This document shows, one piece after another, positions 62,701-64,000 of a stretch of 64,000 bases of DNA. The DNA comes from a bacterium (GTDB lineage Bacteria > CAIWAD01). The stretch spans positions 111,100-175,099 of the forward strand of contig JAUIFJ010000003.1 in the NCBI GenBank assembly GCA_030429345.1. The letters run 5' to 3'. Position 1 is the stretch's first letter. Every line of letters begins with the position of its first letter. The translations under genes and the position numbers were made by a program. Below the pieces are notes generated by a model. It saw nothing but the letters and a program-made list of their open reading frames with translations. It was not told where the DNA came from and made no database searches.

Positions 62701-63201
62701 CATCAGCGTGCCGCTGCGATCCGCCCCGGCCTCGCTGAGCTCACGGGCCAGGCCCAGGTCGAGCAGCGAGGCCTGACCGGCGTCGAGCAGCACGTTGCCC
62801 GGACTGAGGTCGCCGTGCAGCAGGCCCGCGGCCTGCAGTTCGCTCAGGCCCTGGGCCAGTTGCAGGCCCGTGCTGGCAATGGCGTCCTCGCTGAAGGGGC
62901 CGGGAAGCAGATCCTCCAGGGGCTGGCCGCCGCGGTGTTCCATCACGATCACGCCGATGCCCTTGCCCGTGGGCAGGAACTCCAGCAGGCGGGGGAAGAC
63001 CGGCGAGACCAGGCGCCGCATCAGCCGGACCTCGTCCAGGAAAAGCCCGGCCATCTGCTCGTCGCGGGCGGCCTTGAGCACGACTCGACGGCCCGTGTAG
63101 CTGTCCAGGGCCGAGAAGACCCGCGCCGTGGTGCCCTCGCCCAGTTCGCGGCGATCCGTGTAGCGGGCATCGGCGGCCCGGATCCAGGGCGCTTCCTTCA
63201 T
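59773..63201 (-). CDS. Ser/Thr protein kinase - P-loop NTPase - TPR protein
   Basis: LGEGTTARV, HGDLSPGNV, DLG, MPPE, DVWSLG; Walker A GPAGGGKS; C-terminal TPR-like helices. Confidence 0.9.
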   Translation of the reverse strand: MKEAPWIRAADARYTDRRELGEGTTARVFSALDSYTGRRVVLKAARDEQMAGLFLDEVRLMRRLVSPVFPRLLEFLPTGKGIGVIVMEHRGGQPLEDLLPGPFSEDAIASTGLQLAQGLSELQAAGLLHGDLSPGNVLLDAGQASLLDLGLARELSEAGADRSGTLMTMPPERIQEGQVHAHSDVWSLGVLLWAMLNGRLPWPEDPQACLQAILSGERPPSRPSSLLPLIEACLARQPEQRPAPRQVMHALLDVQPQEGAKLVPLTLRLEGEAAWSRALSEALVRGESGILHGPAGGGKSARLIGLLEELRLAGRQLLLIDCPDLDLQAWARRTLLRHPGLDAGSALSKGIRSAKGLPADPAGLRRWLNQLLDFLPRALGAEPAGLVLDVQHAELDPAALPDWLQSLRALCRERGLQHLLVTIQAPPADAEGLSVEVPLPTREVYSETLARALPGIDPAPGLLAEIEDLTHGRLDLSLDLLRLNWLDGRLALEDGVLQARAELKRPGAAAEEDLAGLDEASLRLLEEILAWSPLAGQSLWIDRLQESGLRPALPRLHAEALLRDRGDGVPSVAPGIGELVAPAQRQQAHLRLFDWFEAREEAPVPVRLGHLAHADPAAISWERGRELLRQAEGAFPEDRSRLIEALAAKDVEGREGSAEFFTTLIQAYLDQARPEEAYRSIRRLFRMPALDAAVRRNALLQLAHLYQAQGKPRLARRVLKLLLREIGAEAPRQRLRALSQLAHLRVQLGENPEALELLDESEQILRQVERPWDRQISYQANLIAAIAFHLGRPERAESLWKALLDESQARPDPSHRPLLRMNLGVGHLNRGEWQEAVADLQQAGREASELHLEEIQAQIQVNLGYAFYLQARIADAEGPIQEALGLCRRTGNRRLLLNVLYSLSELQYRQGEMAAALESLAEMEEEALRQQDPLARREAIHSRLLIEWDLGRLPEEEHFVAHLEALQELEAKELLQEWLALGLAARIPCSIDAADSSMDDDPLCSGLRTLRKQKEGGIDPRSLQLLEDMPKVMWPLRQRLELLLALDLPLEAALERLRQSLPAKGLAPLQQAALGTLAGQLLLARGEAARAGEQLGKAIKVLKQTADTLKTEQRNWLGSMPLAGRLRALASQCQDLIRSRRS

Positions 63202-64000
63202 CGGCGGAGGCGGTCCATGTCGATGACGAGCAGGCCCAGGTTGTCCGGAGCCCCCAGGCGCGTGGCTTCGGCGACCAGGGCGTCGGCGAAATCGGCGGCG
63301 TCGCGGTGGCGCAGGGCGAGCCGAAGGATGTCCCTGCGCAGCATGCCGCTGTTCCAGAGGCCGTCGCTGCAGAGCAGCAGGCGGTCCCCGTCCTCCAGCC
63401 GGAACTTGCGGTGATCCAGCTCGAGGCCCACGGTAATCCCGATGCCCCGTGTGACAATGTGCTTGTGGGGGTGATTGAGGCTTTCCTCTTCGGAAAGCTG
63501 CATGCTGCTGACCAGGGTATGGTCACGGCTGAGCTGGATGATGCGGCTCTCGCGCAGCAGGTAGGCCCGGCTGTCTCCTACATGGAGCAGCATGGCGGCG
63601 CGTTTCTGGACCAGCAGGCCGCTCAGGGTGGTGGCGACGCGTGCCTCGCCCAGCTCCTCCTTCAGCCGGTCGAGCCCCTCCTCCAGGACGGCGGCCATCG
63701 CGGCGGGATCCGGCCAGCCGCCTGCCGGCCAGAGGCACTCGTTCTCCTGGAAGAGACGGCGCAGGAAGAGCGTGCCGGCGGTGGCAGAGGCCCGGTCTCC
63801 GTGTGACAGGCCGCCCATGCCGTCGCAGACGACGAAGGCCCCGCGGCCGCCGCGGATCTGCCAGGCGCACCAGTCCTCGTTGCGCGGACGCACGGCGCCC
63901 CGGTCGAGGCGCAGCTCCACGCCGGGGCCTGAAGCCTGGCGCGGGCCGGGTTTCAGGGAAACGGAATCGCCCAGTTCGGCGGCAGGCCTTGGTTCCTCAC
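63198..64000 (-). CDS. PP2C-family Ser/Thr phosphatase (frame open to window end; 5' part may be outside)
   Basis: RPRNED, VCDGMGG, HVGDSRAY, LCSDGL, DN; no in-frame stop between 63920 and 64000. Confidence 0.9.
   Translation of the reverse strand, partial: EEPRPAAELGDSVSLKPGPRQASGPGVELRLDRGAVRPRNEDWCAWQIRGGRGAFVVCDGMGGLSHGDRASATAGTLFLRRLFQENECLWPAGGWPDPAAMAAVLEEGLDRLKEELGEARVATTLSGLLVQKRAAMLLHVGDSRAYLLRESRIIQLSRDHTLVSSMQLSEEESLNHPHKHIVTRGIGITVGLELDHRKFRLEDGDRLLLCSDGLWNSGMLRRDILRLALRHRDAADFADALVAEATRLGAPDNLGLLVIDMDRLRR

Overview
GC-rich bacterial window, most likely an FCB-superphylum organism (inferred from several secreted proteins ending in a 'PNPFNP' sorting domain). Contents from left to right: an uncharacterised four-gene membrane operon (DUF6754-type); an IS200-like/REP-associated tyrosine transposase between 170-bp palindromic direct repeats; an MFP plus two RND permeases; a candidate sigma54-driven sRNA; secreted proteins; ppk2; an imuB-like/dnaE2 mutagenesis cassette with a candidate operator; a housekeeping run (MTase, ArsC, Grx, Nudix, recJ, xerD, esterase); a POT transporter; glnS; a PNGase-F-like protein; ettA; an AlkA-family glycosylase; three paralogous lipoproteins; a REPIN-flanked Type ISP restriction-modification gene; and a PP2C / Ser-Thr kinase-NTPase-TPR / GAF histidine kinase operon. 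The best candidate for an undescribed system is the three-lipoprotein array (48.8-51.6 kb). Each protein has a ZU5/GAIN-like 'HF|S' autoproteolysis motif followed by a conserved C-terminal peptide of exactly 17 aa. Two of the genes have sigma54 promoters and identical 64-bp 3' ends. All assignments come from motif recognition by eye; no searches were run.
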